Source: the human T2T-CHM13v2.0 reference genome, Homo sapiens
Length of the DNA stretch: 64,000 nt
Strand: one strand, 5' to 3'
Assembly: GCF_009914755.1 (NCBI RefSeq)
Contig: NC_060936.1
Shown here piece by piece: positions 27,877 through 42,500 of this stretch (position 1 is its first letter; every line of letters starts with the position of its first letter). Both the position numbers and the translations under genes were made by a program. Under the pieces are notes generated by a model. The model was not told the DNA's origin, ran no database searches, and saw only the letters and a program-made list of their open reading frames with translations.

Positions 27877-30530
27877 AGTCCACTATTTATCAACTTTGCA
27901 CCAATATGAATTTCTTTAAGTTATACTTAATCTCCAAATATAGACAATAACAAGGTCATAATTCCACCTAACCTTATACAAGTATCCCCCGTACAAACAA
28001 AACACACTAACCCCTTACCTGGAAGAAGAGGAAAGGTCTTTGAGTGATGTTCGCTCTTCTCCTTGATAACTTGAACCCTATGATGTAAAATTAACAATAC
28101 TTAAATACTACAATATAAAGTTAATACATCTTATATTACATGACAAGGGAATAAGAGAGAGAAAAACAGAGATATTTGCTACATACACACACAATATTAA
28201 CAACAAGAGAAAAAGTTACTGTTTCTGTAACTGGTTTATATATAGTCAGCTGGTCACTGAGACTTCGCCATGAGGCTGTAGGTGAAGGTTGGAAGAAAAA
28301 TAAGGCTGTGTAGGTGGAGTGTTCAACCATAGGTATTTGGGTCACTCTTTCATGCAACTTACTTGTGCCTTCAGGGCCTGCTCCAGCCTGATCATACACA
28401 TATTACTTCTATTTGCTGCTGTTCATGCCCAACTTCACAGCTTGTTGGTCAGAATAATACCAAATTCATGATGAGCAGGTCTGGTCAGATGAGAACTTGA
28501 TGTCCCATGGTTAAGTGTTCAGTTTCTAGTAAGGCTTAGATCCTCAAAAAGAGAGTAGTCATCTGCAAAGAATGGCAGGGCTTACACCCACATTTTAAAG
28601 GTCTACACTGCAATTCACCTATAGGGGCCTGCCAAAGGCCCTAACAGCAACCCTATCTGCCACTGAATCTTTGGGCACAAATTACCCTTACCTTAGAAGT
28701 GATATTTTGGCATGGCCTACACTACTGGACCACTACAGAATTCACTTAGGTAGAAAGCTTCTGAATTTATCATATTTATTTCCTACTCCTGACATGTAAA
28801 TATCTTACCAGTAATCCTAGAGCAGTTGTTACCTCTTGCTCACTAGGTCCAATCAGCAGAATATCATCAATGTAACAAACCAATGGGATATCTTGTGGGA
28901 AACAAAAAGGTAATCAAGATGCCCATTACCTACATCATTCAAGCTGAGAACAAAATCAAGAATAAAATCCCATTTACGATAGATACAGAAACCTAGGAAA
29001 ATATCTAACCAAGGAGGTGAAAGATCTCTACAAGGAGAACTTCAAAACACTGCTGAAAGAAATAGTAGATGACATAAACAAATGCAAAATCATTCCATTC
29101 TCATGGATTAAATGAGTCAATATTATAAAAATGGCTATACTGCCCAAAGTAATCTTTACATTCAGTGCTATTCCTATCAAATTATCAACATCATTTTTCA
29201 CAGAATTAGAAAAACTAGTTTAAAATTCACATGGAACTGAAAAAGAGTCCAAACAGCCAAAGCAATCCTAAACAAAAAGAACAAACCTGGAGGTATCACA
29301 TTACCCGACTTCAAATTATACTACAAGCCTACAATAACCAAAACAGCATGATATTGGTACAAAAAACAGACACATAGCTCAATGGAACAGAAGAGAGAAC
29401 TCAGATATAAAACTGCACATATACAACCAACTGATCTTTAACCAATTTGACAAAAATAAACAATTGGTGAAGGATACTCTATTCAATAAATGATGTTGGA
29501 AAACTGGCTAACCATATGCAGTAGAATAAAACTGGACTCCTACCTCTCATCATACACAACAATTAACTCAAGATGGATTAAAGACTTAAATGTAAGACCT
29601 GAAACTATGAAAATCCTAAAATAAAAACCTAGGAAATACTCTTTCAGACATTGGCCTAGGCAAAGAATTTATGACTAAGTCTTCATAAACAAATGCAACA
29701 ACAATAAAATTGGCAATTAGAACCTAATTGATCTAAGGAGCTTATGCATAGCAAAAGAAATTATCAACAGAGTAAACAGACAACCTACAGGATGGAAGAA
29801 AATATTTGCAAACTATGCATCCCACAAAGGTCTGATATCCATAGTCTATAAGGAACTTAAACAAATAAACAAGCAAAAACCAATGTTAATATTACAAGTT
29901 TTAATATTTCACTTCTAAGAACACCATGATCAATTAGCCAAGGTCATAGGTCAGCTTGAATCAAACTACTCTGATTGCCACTTTGACTCTGCTGTCTATT
30001 ACAGAAACATATTGTCACTTGAACAAGTGTCATTTGACCCATTCCACCCTGGGGTCCAATTACTCCATTGTATCTAGGTTTCCTAATTCAGTGACCATAA
30101 CCCCACTCTAAGGTCTACTTATGGGGAAGAGTGATCCCAGAGCTCTTCAAGGAGGCCAGGTCTCTTCGAGGCCAGGTCTCTTCTCACAGATTTACTTCTC
30201 GTAGCAGTGGTGACAAGTACATCTTCTGGACCCGTCCAGTTTGAGTAAGTTTTAACTACAAATTATATCTAACATTCCAATCTCCCTGAGCCCTTGAATA
30301 CCTTTCTCTACACTAAACCAAGTCAGGTACTGCATTTCTAACTCACTCATTGTGGACCACCTTTTGGTCCATATTTCAACCAACCAATCAACCACACTAA
30401 TTGTTAGAGCCATTTTTAATTACCAAGTTCCAACATTAAATGCAGAATCTGTAATTAGTAAGCCCACATCAATAAATTCATTCTGATCCAGCCTTATTAT
30501 CCCACACCTCTAGTATTCATCCCATCAGGG
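27877..30530 (-). mobile_element. Deleted ERVL internal region
   Basis: PPT-side sequence agtccac...tcaactt abuts the LTR; degenerate gag/pol-like sequence; no 5' LTR seen. Confidence 0.7.
28936..29880 (+). mobile_element. L1 (L1PB/old L1PA) ORF2 internal fragment within ERVL
   Basis: ORF2 thumb/wrist-region nucleotide similarity; no 3'UTR. Confidence 0.85.
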
Positions 30531-30536
30531 GTAGAT

Positions 30537-30915
30537 GCTATGGTCTGAATGCTTGTGCCTCCTCAATTTGTATGTAGAAACCCTAAGTCACAATGTGATA
30601 CTCTTTGGAGATGCAGCTTTTGTAAAACAATTAGGTTAGATTAGATCACAAAAGTGGGGCTCTCGTGATTGGAATTAGTGGTCCTATACAAAGTTGAAGA
30701 GAGAGAGTTATCTCTAAGTATACACAGTGAATAATGACCATGTTAAGACATAGGGGGAAGGTAGCCATCTGCAAGATAAAAGGAGAGCCCTCACCAGAAT
30801 CCAAAGATGCTGGCATTCTGATCTCAGGCTTCCATCCTCCAAAATTGTGAGGGAATACATTTCTCTTTTTAAGCCACCCAATCTATGGTATTTCATTATA
30901 TCAGCCCAAGCTATG
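30537..30915 (+). mobile_element. MLT1A/B LTR
   Basis: tgctatggtctgaatg...tttaagccaccc...atggtattt. Confidence 0.8.
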
Positions 30916-30990
30916 ATATGCATACACAGAAGCTGTGATATATATACATTCTAGCTTCTGTATATGCATATCATAGCTTGGGCTGATATA
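30897..30990. repeat. Inverted repeat: 38-bp arms, 1 mismatch, 18-bp spacer
   Basis: 30897-30934 is the reverse complement of 30953-30990. Confidence 0.95.
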
Positions 30991-31175
30991 TACACACACA
31001 TATATCACATATATATTTATATATATATTTGGTATATATATGTATATATATATGATATATATATATTTGTTATATATATGTATATATGTATATATATGAT
31101 ATATATATTTGTTATATATATGTATATATATGAGATATATATGATATATATAGATACATATAGATATATATATAT
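30986..31175. repeat. TA-rich low-complexity microsatellite
   Basis: Direct reading. Confidence 0.95.
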
Positions 31176-32309
31176 GTTACATCATATGAGCTCCCCTAAA
31201 AGAAATGCCTTCTCAGTCACAATGAGTACACCTCAGACCTTGGTTCCAATGCCACTCTCCAATAAAAATAACCAGGGATCTTTGGAGAAATGGATTATCG
31301 TAGGATGAGGAAAGAATAATACAAGATGAGTCTGCAGCAACTTGTAGTGCCAGAAAGTAAGAAAATGCTCAAAAAACAAGCACACAAACAAAAACAAAAG
31401 GGGATATTAAAAAAACAAAAACAAACAAATATGGTATCCTAAAAAAGGGATTTGGTAAAAACTAACAAAAGCTAAACAAACTACGGACATTAGTTAATAA
31501 AAATGTATCAACATTAATTTATTAATTGTAACAATGTATCATACTGGTATAAATGTTAATAATAGAAGAAGTTTGGTGGGGTATATGATGATTCTGTACT
31601 ATATTCTCAGTATTTCTTGTCACATAGTGGGGTGTTCTAATTAGATCTGCTGCCTGATGTTGTGTAAATCCATGTGCATGGATAATCAAAAAATCACAAA
31701 TGAGATACTGAACTGAACTACTTCTGTGTAATCCAGAGGGAAAAAAAATACATATTGATCTATCACATAGATTTTAAATATTTTAAAGTCAACTTAGATT
31801 TGGATTTAATACATTTCTTGTAGTATTAAAAGCAGGGTAATTGTTCGTTATGTAGAAGCTGAGTAGGAACATAAGTAAATGGAGTAATTACAAGCAAATC
31901 ACCTTAATTAATACAAAGCACAGAACACTCAATAATAAAGATTAGAATTGATCCTATACAAATGAATTTGGATGACTTACACAAGATTCATAGTCAAGAG
32001 TCAAGGAATAATCCAAGCTGGTATTTTGACCTCATGAATGTAAATTTAAGCATGTAAATAATACCATGGTTCTAATATATTTGATGTACTTGTTCAATCA
32101 AATGAGCTTTAGAGAGATTATCTTAGCTTTTGAAATCATTCACTTTTGAGCAAGGGAAACAATGATTTTGTTTAACTTGTAACATAACAAAGATAGGGTA
32201 TAGTTTGCTTCAAAGATACACAGTCAGAACGTTCTGACTGTGAGATATAGTCAGATATAGTCAGAAATAATCTATCAGGGCCATTGCAAGATATATTTCT
32301 CAAGTGTGG

Positions 32310-32710
32310 CAGTCATAGTTCCATCACGCAAGCAGAACCACTAGGTGTGAGGTAGAATATGTGATTTATTATAGAGATTAGACCTTGTCCAATCATGGCT
32401 ACAGGAGAACTCCGTGGAAGGTTGTTTATTTCCAGTCAGGAAGAGGCTCTAGAGGCACAGTGGGGCAGCAGAGCCAAGAGAAAGGAAGAAAATCTGGCGT
32501 GAACCAAGGGAAAGCCAGAAAAATCTCACAACCTCAAGAAAAAAATGCAACTCACAAGGGCAAACAGAAATTACATTTGCCTTTCATAGTCTCCAATCTC
32601 ATTAATGTGGATTGTGTGCAGGAACTGGTGCTTTCACCACAGAACAGCACAGAAAAGGAAATTCTGGGAAACCTAGTTCCAGCTTAACTACTTGACAGTG
32701 TAAAGCCACT
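32310..32710 (-). mobile_element. Old MLT2 (E/F-like) LTR
   Basis: gaattctgggaaac...ttgacagtgtaaagccac terminus. Confidence 0.45.
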
Positions 32711-32981
32711 TTAATAAGATTTTAATAACTCTTTTCCAAATGTTCTAGGGTCTAGGCTAACATAGGCAGTGATGCTGTGCAACAGCTTCCACTCAGAATC
32801 CGATAATCCAGCATTGGCACTTCAGCGACATTTTCTAGCTGTGTGACTCCTTTGAACAGTCTACTTAAACCTTTCTGAGTCTGTTTCTTCATCTGTTATC
32901 AAATTATAACATTATGCATTTAGCAATCTTGTTTTAAGCATTAAATAAAATTATATATATACATATATATATACACACATA

Positions 32982-33536
32982 TGTGATGGCTAATATTAAG
33001 AGTCAACTTGATTGGATTGGAGGATGCAAAGTATTGTTTCTGGGGATATCTGGGTGTTGCCAGAATAGATTAACATTTGAGTCAGTGGACTGGGAGAGGA
33101 AGACCCACCCACAATGTGGGTGGGCACCATCCAATCTGCTGTCAGCACAGCTAGAAAAAGCAGGTGGAAGAAGGTGAAAGAATCTGACTTGCTGAGTCTT
33201 CTGGCCTTCATCTTTCTCCTGTGCTGGATGCTTCCTGCCCTCAAACATCGGACTCCAAGTTCTTCAGCTCTCGGACTCTTGGACTTACACTAGCGTTTTG
33301 CCAGGGGCTCTCAGGCCTTCGGCAGCAGACTGAAGGCTACACTGGCGGCTTCCCTACTTTTGAGGTTTGGGGACTCAGACTGAACCACTAGTGGCTCCCT
33401 TGCTCCTCAACTTGCAGATGGCCAATCATAGGACTTCACCTTGTGATCCTGTGAGTCAATTCTCCTTAATAAACTCCCTTTTACATACACATGTATCCTA
33501 TTGGTTCTGTCCCTCTAGAAAACCCTGACTAATACA
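32982..33536 (+). mobile_element. MLT2A solo LTR inserted in a MIR
   Basis: tgtgatggctaatatt...ccctgactaataca; TSD ACATA. Confidence 0.9.
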
Positions 33537-34312
33537 ACATATATATCTTATCTAGTGCAATACCTTACTCATAGAAGGCGCTCAATAAATACCCAATCTA
33601 TGTCTTGATACCCAATCTATGTCTTGAAACTTAAACATAAAATACATAAAATTTATCTGGAACTTTAGCCTCAACTTTAAGCTATGTATGGCTGGGCATT
33701 CACCCAAAGAGTTAATTGAGCTATAAAAACAAGTGATCTGGGACTCATTCTACATAATCAGTCGAAAATTGACCACATGCCACCTTTCTATTAAAGAAAA
33801 AGCTATCACAGAAATAAACTGCTATTTATTTTATGGTACACTTAAGGACATAAGGATACTAAATGTTTCCATAGAAAAGCGAATGTTTATAAAATCAGCA
33901 TCTTAATCTTATCTAAGAATTATAATCAAAAGAAATTATTTATCATCTCCTGGGATGGCTGTTGGTGGATTAGTCGTTAATTATCCCAAATTTCCTTTGT
34001 GTACGGCATACTGGGATAAAATATTTGAGGATTTCTCTTTGTAGCATGACTATTAACCTTTGTCTTCAAGGTATTCTCTTCCTAACTTTGGGTACAATAG
34101 TCAAAACATGGAGCTTCATACTCTTGCCTTTTACAGCTATTGTTCTAACACTTGACTTTCCCTCATGGAGTTACTATTGCTTTTTTACTTCAAAATTGAT
34201 CCTATTCTCCACTAATACACTTTTCAATCATTATAGAGAGGAATGTATAATAGATATTTTTGATCACTAGTAGTTGATTTCATTTAATCTTACAAGAAAA
34301 TTGATATATCTA

Positions 34313-34516
34313 TAGTAAGTTCTCAGTTAACTTTGTCAATCGGTTTTTGGAAACTGTGACTTTAAGGAAAACTACATATAATAAGACAATATTTTTTCTC
34401 ATCAATGTTATAATAAAAAATGACATTAAAGGAAAGGATGTTATTCAAAGAACTGTACATTCTTATCTCTTAAAGTTGCAGTTTCCAAGAACCTATTACT
34501 TACCAAGGACTTACTG
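34313..34516. mobile_element. Tigger-family MITE (MER82-like)
   Basis: TIRs tagtaagttct / aggacttactg, subterminal ttggaaactgtgactttaa / ttaaagttgcagtttccaa, TA TSDs. Confidence 0.75.
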
Positions 34517-36143
34517 TATAAATAATCATCTTTTCCTAAATTGAAGCTCCAAGTTCAATAAACTATCCTGAGTTTCACATTCGTGAATTCCTGATTCATT
34601 ATACTGTCTGTGATCAAAAAGCCTGCCCATAATCTGTAATTTGCATAAGCAATTCTACAAGCATGAAAGCCAAAGAAATAAAGTACAAAGTTACACAATC
34701 AGGAACTTGTACCAGAACTGGGAAGATTATAGAAGTGAGAGTGCTAGATCATTTCTGCTTATCTTTCTTCACACAGTGTAGCATAGAACTTTGCATATTT
34801 TTCGCTTAATATGAACGATTTCCTGATGATAACCTGGAGAGACAAACAAGAAAAAAATTACTTGCAAAAAAAGTCAGATCACATAAGTGGGAAGAGGCAG
34901 CTTTTCACAGATTCTAATACCTAAGAGATGGGGAAGCCTACTATATATTGGTAGATGCAATATCTATCTCAACTTACTTTGATCTAGATAAGATATAGAA
35001 TAGCCCAAAAATTATCCACTGGCTGACTATCCATCTAGCTTTGTTAATAATATAATAGATTGACTTTGCTGATAGAAAAATTCCATGTCTTCGTAAATAG
35101 TAAGTTCCTTTGAATTTTTATGTCCTCTTTTAATTTGCCTCCTCAGAACCCTACTGCAGACATTACTGAAATCAATACACTAGTATTGTATAATATAATT
35201 TTAAAATGTTACAACACTGTGTAAAAAGCCTTTTTGAACAGTAACACGCTGATGCTAAATTGCCTTAATCCATATATTTAAACTAAAACCAGCTTTTCCA
35301 ATATGCATTCCATAAAATTGAAGCATAGTTATGGAGAGTTAGGGAATCAAGCAGCAAATCTTGTTGAGTAAAAGTTTACCCAAATATGAGAATATTATCT
35401 TTCTGTATGTCATGTAGACTGATACAGGTAGAATACATATGTTACCTGACCATTGGGCGAGATTTTTGTTTTTTAATTTTTCAGTGACCTCCTGACTACC
35501 TTGGTGAAATCAGCTCAAACTAAACTGTTGATCCATATTTCACTGTGAAAAATATTCTCTGATTTCTTACTTCAAAAGGGTCTTGCAGGTAGGTTTTTTG
35601 GCTTATTCAAACATGACATTATTTTTGATTTATACGTTAGCAAGGAAAAAATTATAAATTATTGTTTATTCTATGCTTTTAAAAAGTCTGATATCTGTTT
35701 AGAGGTTGGTACATTAATGTTGATGTAAAATACTGCAGTGGATTCCTGAGATATTCGAAAATACTTACAGTTTATGAGAATGTTTAAATAGTGGTTTAAG
35801 AAGATTTGTCCAATGAATTTTAAAACATTTTGAGCACTTCTAAATACGTTGCCATAATTTATGATGTAGTCAATAACTTTTTATGTAGCAAAGTTTTACA
35901 AGAGCAGGTACCAAAATTTATGCAAAGATACATAATCAATAAGCTTTTCAAGCTCCTACTACAGCCCAAGAAATGTAAAAGAGCTAAATTTTAATGTTGT
36001 TCTTAATTCTGAACTTGCAAGATTATATGAAAGACTTGTTGATGATTTGTAATTACTAATTTATTGAAAAAGTATTAATGGAGCACTTATGCAGTACTGG
36101 AAGCTGGGGCTATATATATGCAGGTTAAATAATATTTATGACC

Positions 36144-36632
36144 CTATGATAGGCCAAAAAAAATTCTCCCAAAGAGCTTCGTGTCCTAATTCCTCGAATT
36201 TGTAAATATGTAATGTTATCTGACAAAGGAAAATTAAGATAACTAATAGAATTAAAGTTGCTAATCAGTTTATCTTAAAGTAGGGAGATTGTGCTAGATT
36301 ATCTAGGTGGGCCGGATGTAAAAACAAGAGTCTTAAATCTGGAAGAGGGAAGCAGAAAAGTGAGTGTCAGGATAATGTGATGCAAGAAAGACTGACCAGT
36401 CATTACTGACCTTTAAGATGAAAAGCTGCAATGAGCCAAAGAGTTTGGGCATACTAGAAGCTGGAAAAAGCCTCCAGAAAGGAACAGAACCCCACCTATC
36501 AATACCTAGACTTTAGCCCAGCGAGACTCATTTGAAATTTCTGTTCTCCAGAACTATAAGAAAATAAATTTTTGCTGTTTTAAGCCAGATAATTTGTAAT
36601 AATATGTTACAGCAGCAATTAAAAACGCATAC
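36144..36632 (+). mobile_element. MLT1D-like LTR within an L2 remnant (~36060-37000)
   Basis: aattaaagttgctaatcag, tccagaactataagaaaataaat, gttacagcagc motifs. Confidence 0.8.
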
Positions 36633-39128
36633 TGACTCCATGTCAGAAATATGCTATAATAAAGGTAATCAGAGTATCAATGGGACCACAGGCGGGATGC
36701 TTAATTTAGCTGGTGGTGGTAGTTGGGGGAGGTCAAGAAAAAGCTTTCCTAAGGAATGACAGATACAAGAGTTGAGTTTTAATAAATGAGTGGAACACAA
36801 ACATGGAAGAAAGTTATTCTAAGCAGAGAGACCAACAAGTGCAAAACTTTACAGAGGCAAAAAACATGGACTTCTTGTATACGTGGCTAAATAAGTTGGG
36901 GAAATAAGTAGAGACAAGTGCATGGTGGGCTCTGTAAGTTATACTGAGGTGAGTGGATTTTATACTGCGGGCAGAGGGGAACCAGGATGGACAGAAGAGG
37001 AGGAGTGCAGAAAATTGGTAAGAGATCTCATGAATAATTGATTTTAATTTCAAAGCTCTATTTAAGTTTCCATACTTTTTTCAGTAGTGTTCTGTTAAAC
37101 CAGAAAAAAAAAAAGGCCACAATTCTAACTTGTAGCATTTGTCATTGTTTATTATGTAAAAATTCCCACCCTGGCCAATTTCAATATCATACCATTGAAC
37201 GTACAAGCACAAAGATATGCACAAATGGCTTTCCTAGGCTAGTACAAGCCATCTTTAGCACGTCACTTCAATATCTTCCACAGTTAATAATAAATCTAGA
37301 AAGGAAAAAAAAAGACTTATCTTTCTACCATTTGAATGGGATTAGGAGTGCTTCTTATAGGATTTCAGGGTTCAGGAAGCTGCCCTATCTCAGAGACTCC
37401 CATACTATCATGTATTCAACAACATGGACTTATTACGAGGGAAAAGAATAGAAGCTGAACTATGGGTCTTTGAATCAAAAGCCATTATGTTGCCCTCTAC
37501 AATCGGAGTCTACTTGCCTTCTCTGTAGTCTAGACTCCCTGCTTTTACAGTTCTTATTTTCCTACTGCAGATTGCTGTGCTTTTTCTTCCCTGTATACTA
37601 TATCTGCCCCCAGCATAAATATCTCAACTAAATAATTCTAGCTGACTCCCTGCACTGACACTATCTTAGTTTTCAGAGGAAATATACTAATGCCATTCCT
37701 CATAATTTTTTTCAGGCAATTATTCAATATTTTCCCACACAGTGGGGCTTCCAATGATTGCAGATTTTCCTGTGATACCCCTCTGAATCACAACCAACAT
37801 ACAGATAATTTTTTTCTAAAGAGAGATAATATTTAAAGGCTCATACAATCATAATCTCATAGCATATGTAGCTTGGGCAAAATTTTCAGTTCAAAAATAT
37901 TTCATGTTGCTTATCCCTAATTTATTTTAGAGGAGACATTTTTAAGATAAAACAAGCAATAAAATGTTTCATGTTTATACAGATAGAAAGGCTTGGAATG
38001 AAGACATCAATAAGGAAATATCAAATTATTACTTCATTCAGTGAACATTCATTAAGCCTTTACTATATCCCAGGGAGTGTATAAATTTACTATTTATCAG
38101 GCATTGTATAAATGTTAGAATTTCAGAGATGAAAGACACAATTCCTGTCCTCAAGGAATTAACAACCTAGAAAACCAGAAATATTTTAAACACATAATTG
38201 GCCAAGGTTTTTCCCTTTTCAACCCATAAATTGTTTAATTTATACTTTGCAGAAGAAATTAAAATTGTGGAAAGTCTAAACTTTTGAGTTAAATATGGGA
38301 AAGTCAAAGTCTGTGACAAGTTTACACAGTATTTTAAAATTCTATTGTGTTCTAATTTCTCCTTTTCTTCCATCTCCTTTGCAATGCTGGTAGTTGTATG
38401 GAACTGACAGTGTATTATTTTTGTGAATAATTGAATGTTTATGCCATGTCAACAAGATTTTTGTGCGCAGTGAGAAGTGTATCAGTGTTTCCTCCAAATA
38501 AGCCATCGGCCACTAAGGTGACAGCTAATTAGATGTGTTTTCATTTCATTTTTAGTATTCCTAAGCATCACCAGCAAATTTTGCCTCGTCACTTTAGGGT
38601 CTCTTTGAAGGGAACAAATAAATATATCCTGCTTCAGCTTCATAACTATTAATTAGCAGACTAGCTGTCTGTAATTCCTGTAAGATTTTTATACCACATT
38701 AACAAATTTCTAAGCACTCGCTTAGAAATAAGGTACAATCTAATTGATATTTTCAAAGTGATGTTTTTAATTAAGGAAAATACACACAAACGCCACTGAT
38801 TTCCATTCTGATCATTAAGGGCATATTGAGAGAGGCTATTCCAGGGAGCTTGAGGAAATGAAGATAGTCTCTTTTGCTAGCTCTTCACCAACATTTACTG
38901 GACACTGGCTGTATGTACATCCTACATTGTGTTAATTGCAAGAGGAAGGAGAGCAAGAACATAGCATGCGATTAATACTTGCTGAGTAAATCAGGAAACA
39001 AATGAAATTATAGTTCCTGTTCTTGAGGTTATGGTACCATAGGACATAGAGGACATGCGCAATAATAGCAGTAATATGGCATTCAATAAAAATTGATTTA
39101 ATAAAAAGGATATAAAAAAGTAATGTGA

Positions 39129-39589
<461 letters not shown>

Positions 39590-42500
39590 TTAGCACATTC
39601 TTAAATAGAACAAACTCATAGTAGATCCTCAAATTTGAAAATGAACTCAAACAGTAATGTAAAAATTTTCCTTAACTTCACTAGAGAACTAGAACCTTTC
39701 AAAATGTCTTGAAACTTCACTTGCCGGCTAGAGAAAAGTGTAAAACTTTACTTGGTTAATTAGAACTAATAGTTCATCAATACGTTTAAGAGGGATTCTG
39801 ACATTGAGGCATAAGTCTGTAACTAAGACTAAAGCAAGGTCATCAGTCCAGAAAAAGATGGTTTAGAGTTTAAATTTCTAGGCATCACTAGATGCAATTC
39901 CAAAGGAATGGTATATTTTTATTGAATATTCCAATTATACTGACTCAGGCCCCACAATCTTGATTTCCAGAATTTTAGCTCCCTTACTACTACTACCTCT
40001 ACCAGCAAATGTTTCATGTAATTAAATGCCCTCAAAATCTCTGCTATTTGGCCTGTCTCCTATAATATCACTTCTATAGCATATCACTGCTCTTGGGCAC
40101 GAGCGTCCTATAGTGGTGACAGCAACTGCAACAAATTCTGACCATGTTAGCTTCTCTCTTTCACTAACCCTTCCCTAGTTCCGCAACATAACCCCAGGAG
40201 CAATCTTTTTCCAGAAGGACTGACATCAGAAACATGTCTTTAAGGGAAAAAGGATTGTCTCTACAAAGGGATTGTCTTTCTTTCTAGTTCAAGTAGGACA
40301 ATTAAATAATAGATCAATACCAAAGTATTTTTGTTAGTCTAAATCTAGGGAATCAGTAGTATAGTTTATACTAAGATGACAAAGTGCTGGCCAATTCCTC
40401 TTAGTGTTTCTCTTTTTAATTAACAATTAAAGAGAAGAACAAGACTACACTTTCCTTAGTCTTTCTAGTTTCTCTTCCCAAACTACTTTGAGCAATACAG
40501 TAAGAATACACACAACTATCTTCTTAAGAGCTAAAGGAAGTAATAAAGTTATAAGACACTTTAAATCCACACTTTTAAAATAAATCTACTGTTAAAAGAA
40601 ACAATCTTTAAAGGTGAAACTACTAAAACTGTACTCAGCTAATATCTCTATAAACATAGAGCAGCTTAACTTGTTGAACATCTCCATCTTCAAACATCTG
40701 TTTCGGTGAAAGATATTTACTTTTCCTTTATGTAACTCAAAGGACCATATAAGTTGTAGGTTCTTTGTGTATTTATTAATATTTTATTTCAGGGAGTATT
40801 ATTTTGTTTCCCAAAACAAATAAATAGGTCCCCTAAAGATAGATTCAAACCTCAACTTATTGAAATTAGCATTCATTTTTAAAAGATAGTTTTGTTCATG
40901 ATTAAGACTCTCTTAAGTATAGCAGGATCCAGGCTCAGTTATAACACCCAACTGAGTACTGAAAGCAGATATATAAAATGATTCCTTGAACAGAATCAGG
41001 CTTTCTATCCAAGCAAAGATGAGAAGCAGACAGTGGAAGTTCAAGAGCATCAAACAGGAGAAGGTACAGAAATTTGAGAACATGAATCCAATCACTTGGA
41101 GATTTGTTGTTTCAAGACAGCTCAGCCCCTGAAGAACTGGAAAATAGAAATGGAACTGGTTTGCCAGATTAAAAAGTAGGTTTTTAATCAGAACAAACTG
41201 ACACATGGAACAGGACCGTGGGTCACAGGCAACCAACCTGGCTATCATGGCCACATCATAACTAGACACAAATTTACTGTGACTTTATGTTCCCCAAAGT
41301 TTTGACTGGTTTCCCATCCAAACATGTCTACCCATGAGCAGAGGTTGTGCAATGGGCAAGTATCCTGAAAGATAAAAAAAAAAACCCGGATGTTTCTTCT
41401 AATGTTAATATTCTGATTAAAAATCAAAGTCCTTTACCTATTTTCAAAGGTTTCAACAACGTATTCCAAGTACAAATTTACTTATATATTAGATTTAATA
41501 AGTGTTATTAAAATGCATCTGCTAAATCACATTCTTACATTACAACAGGCTCTTATTAGATTTAGAATTCTTGTTTAAGGTCATGACATTAGTTTTTAAA
41601 CTTTCTTGCTCGAGGAATACTATAAATGCAATTTTCTTGGATAGATCAAGCTGCCTAACTTGGGCAGAATATTTCACTATAGCCCAGGGTGGAAATGTGA
41701 GTTCTTTCATAGCAGTAAACCTAATTATCTTTTATTTTTATTCTTCCTATCAAAAGGGCACATTCATACCTTTAAAAAGAGCTTATTAAAATAGACTTCT
41801 TGCATTTACATATTTCAGTAATACTATACATAATGTGAAAAAGCCAACAATGTTACTGTAGCTCCTGTTAAAATTATTAACTTCTTTCATAAGAAAAACT
41901 GTCAAAAATATTTCATTTAGGGTGAAAAGCTTTGACCCCCCTTGTCTCCCACTAGGCATCTTTATTTTATGGCAATGAATATTTGCATTCCCGCCAATCA
42001 ACGAGTACTTACTGACCACCTTCAGGTCACATTCACCCATATAATGGGACAGCAAAGAAAGTAGGAATAAATGAAATTTAAGACCATTTTCAAACCTTAT
42101 TAAATCAAGAGCTTCAGAATACTTTCCTAATCAATTAATGGATAGGTTTGATTATTTGAGTTTTTCTACTTCCAGAAGAGTCTAAAGATAGAGGGCCCAA
42201 TATGAAAAATGGCATATGGGGTAGGGCAAAAATAAGATATTATCATCCGGGAAATTAGCTTGTTTTCAGTATTTAAAATAAGACAACATATATGTATGGG
42301 AAATAAAGTAATAACATTATTGACTTACTGTTAAAACATAATAGCTCATATAATAAACTCAGAGACAAATAAATGTTCTTACAGAAATAGCTCTCAGGAG
42401 TTGTCCATCACCATACTATCTAAATTTAACCAAGGAAATAATATGTCAATCAAAGGAATAGAATAGTAAACATCTGGCCAGCACTGGAAGTACAAAAAAA

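Noticed and set aside
30964-31308. 114-aa Y/I-rich ORF
   Set aside because: Translation of a TA microsatellite.
37038-37451. 137-aa ORF and similar short ORFs
   Set aside because: No recognisable domains; consistent with chance ORFs in AT-rich DNA.
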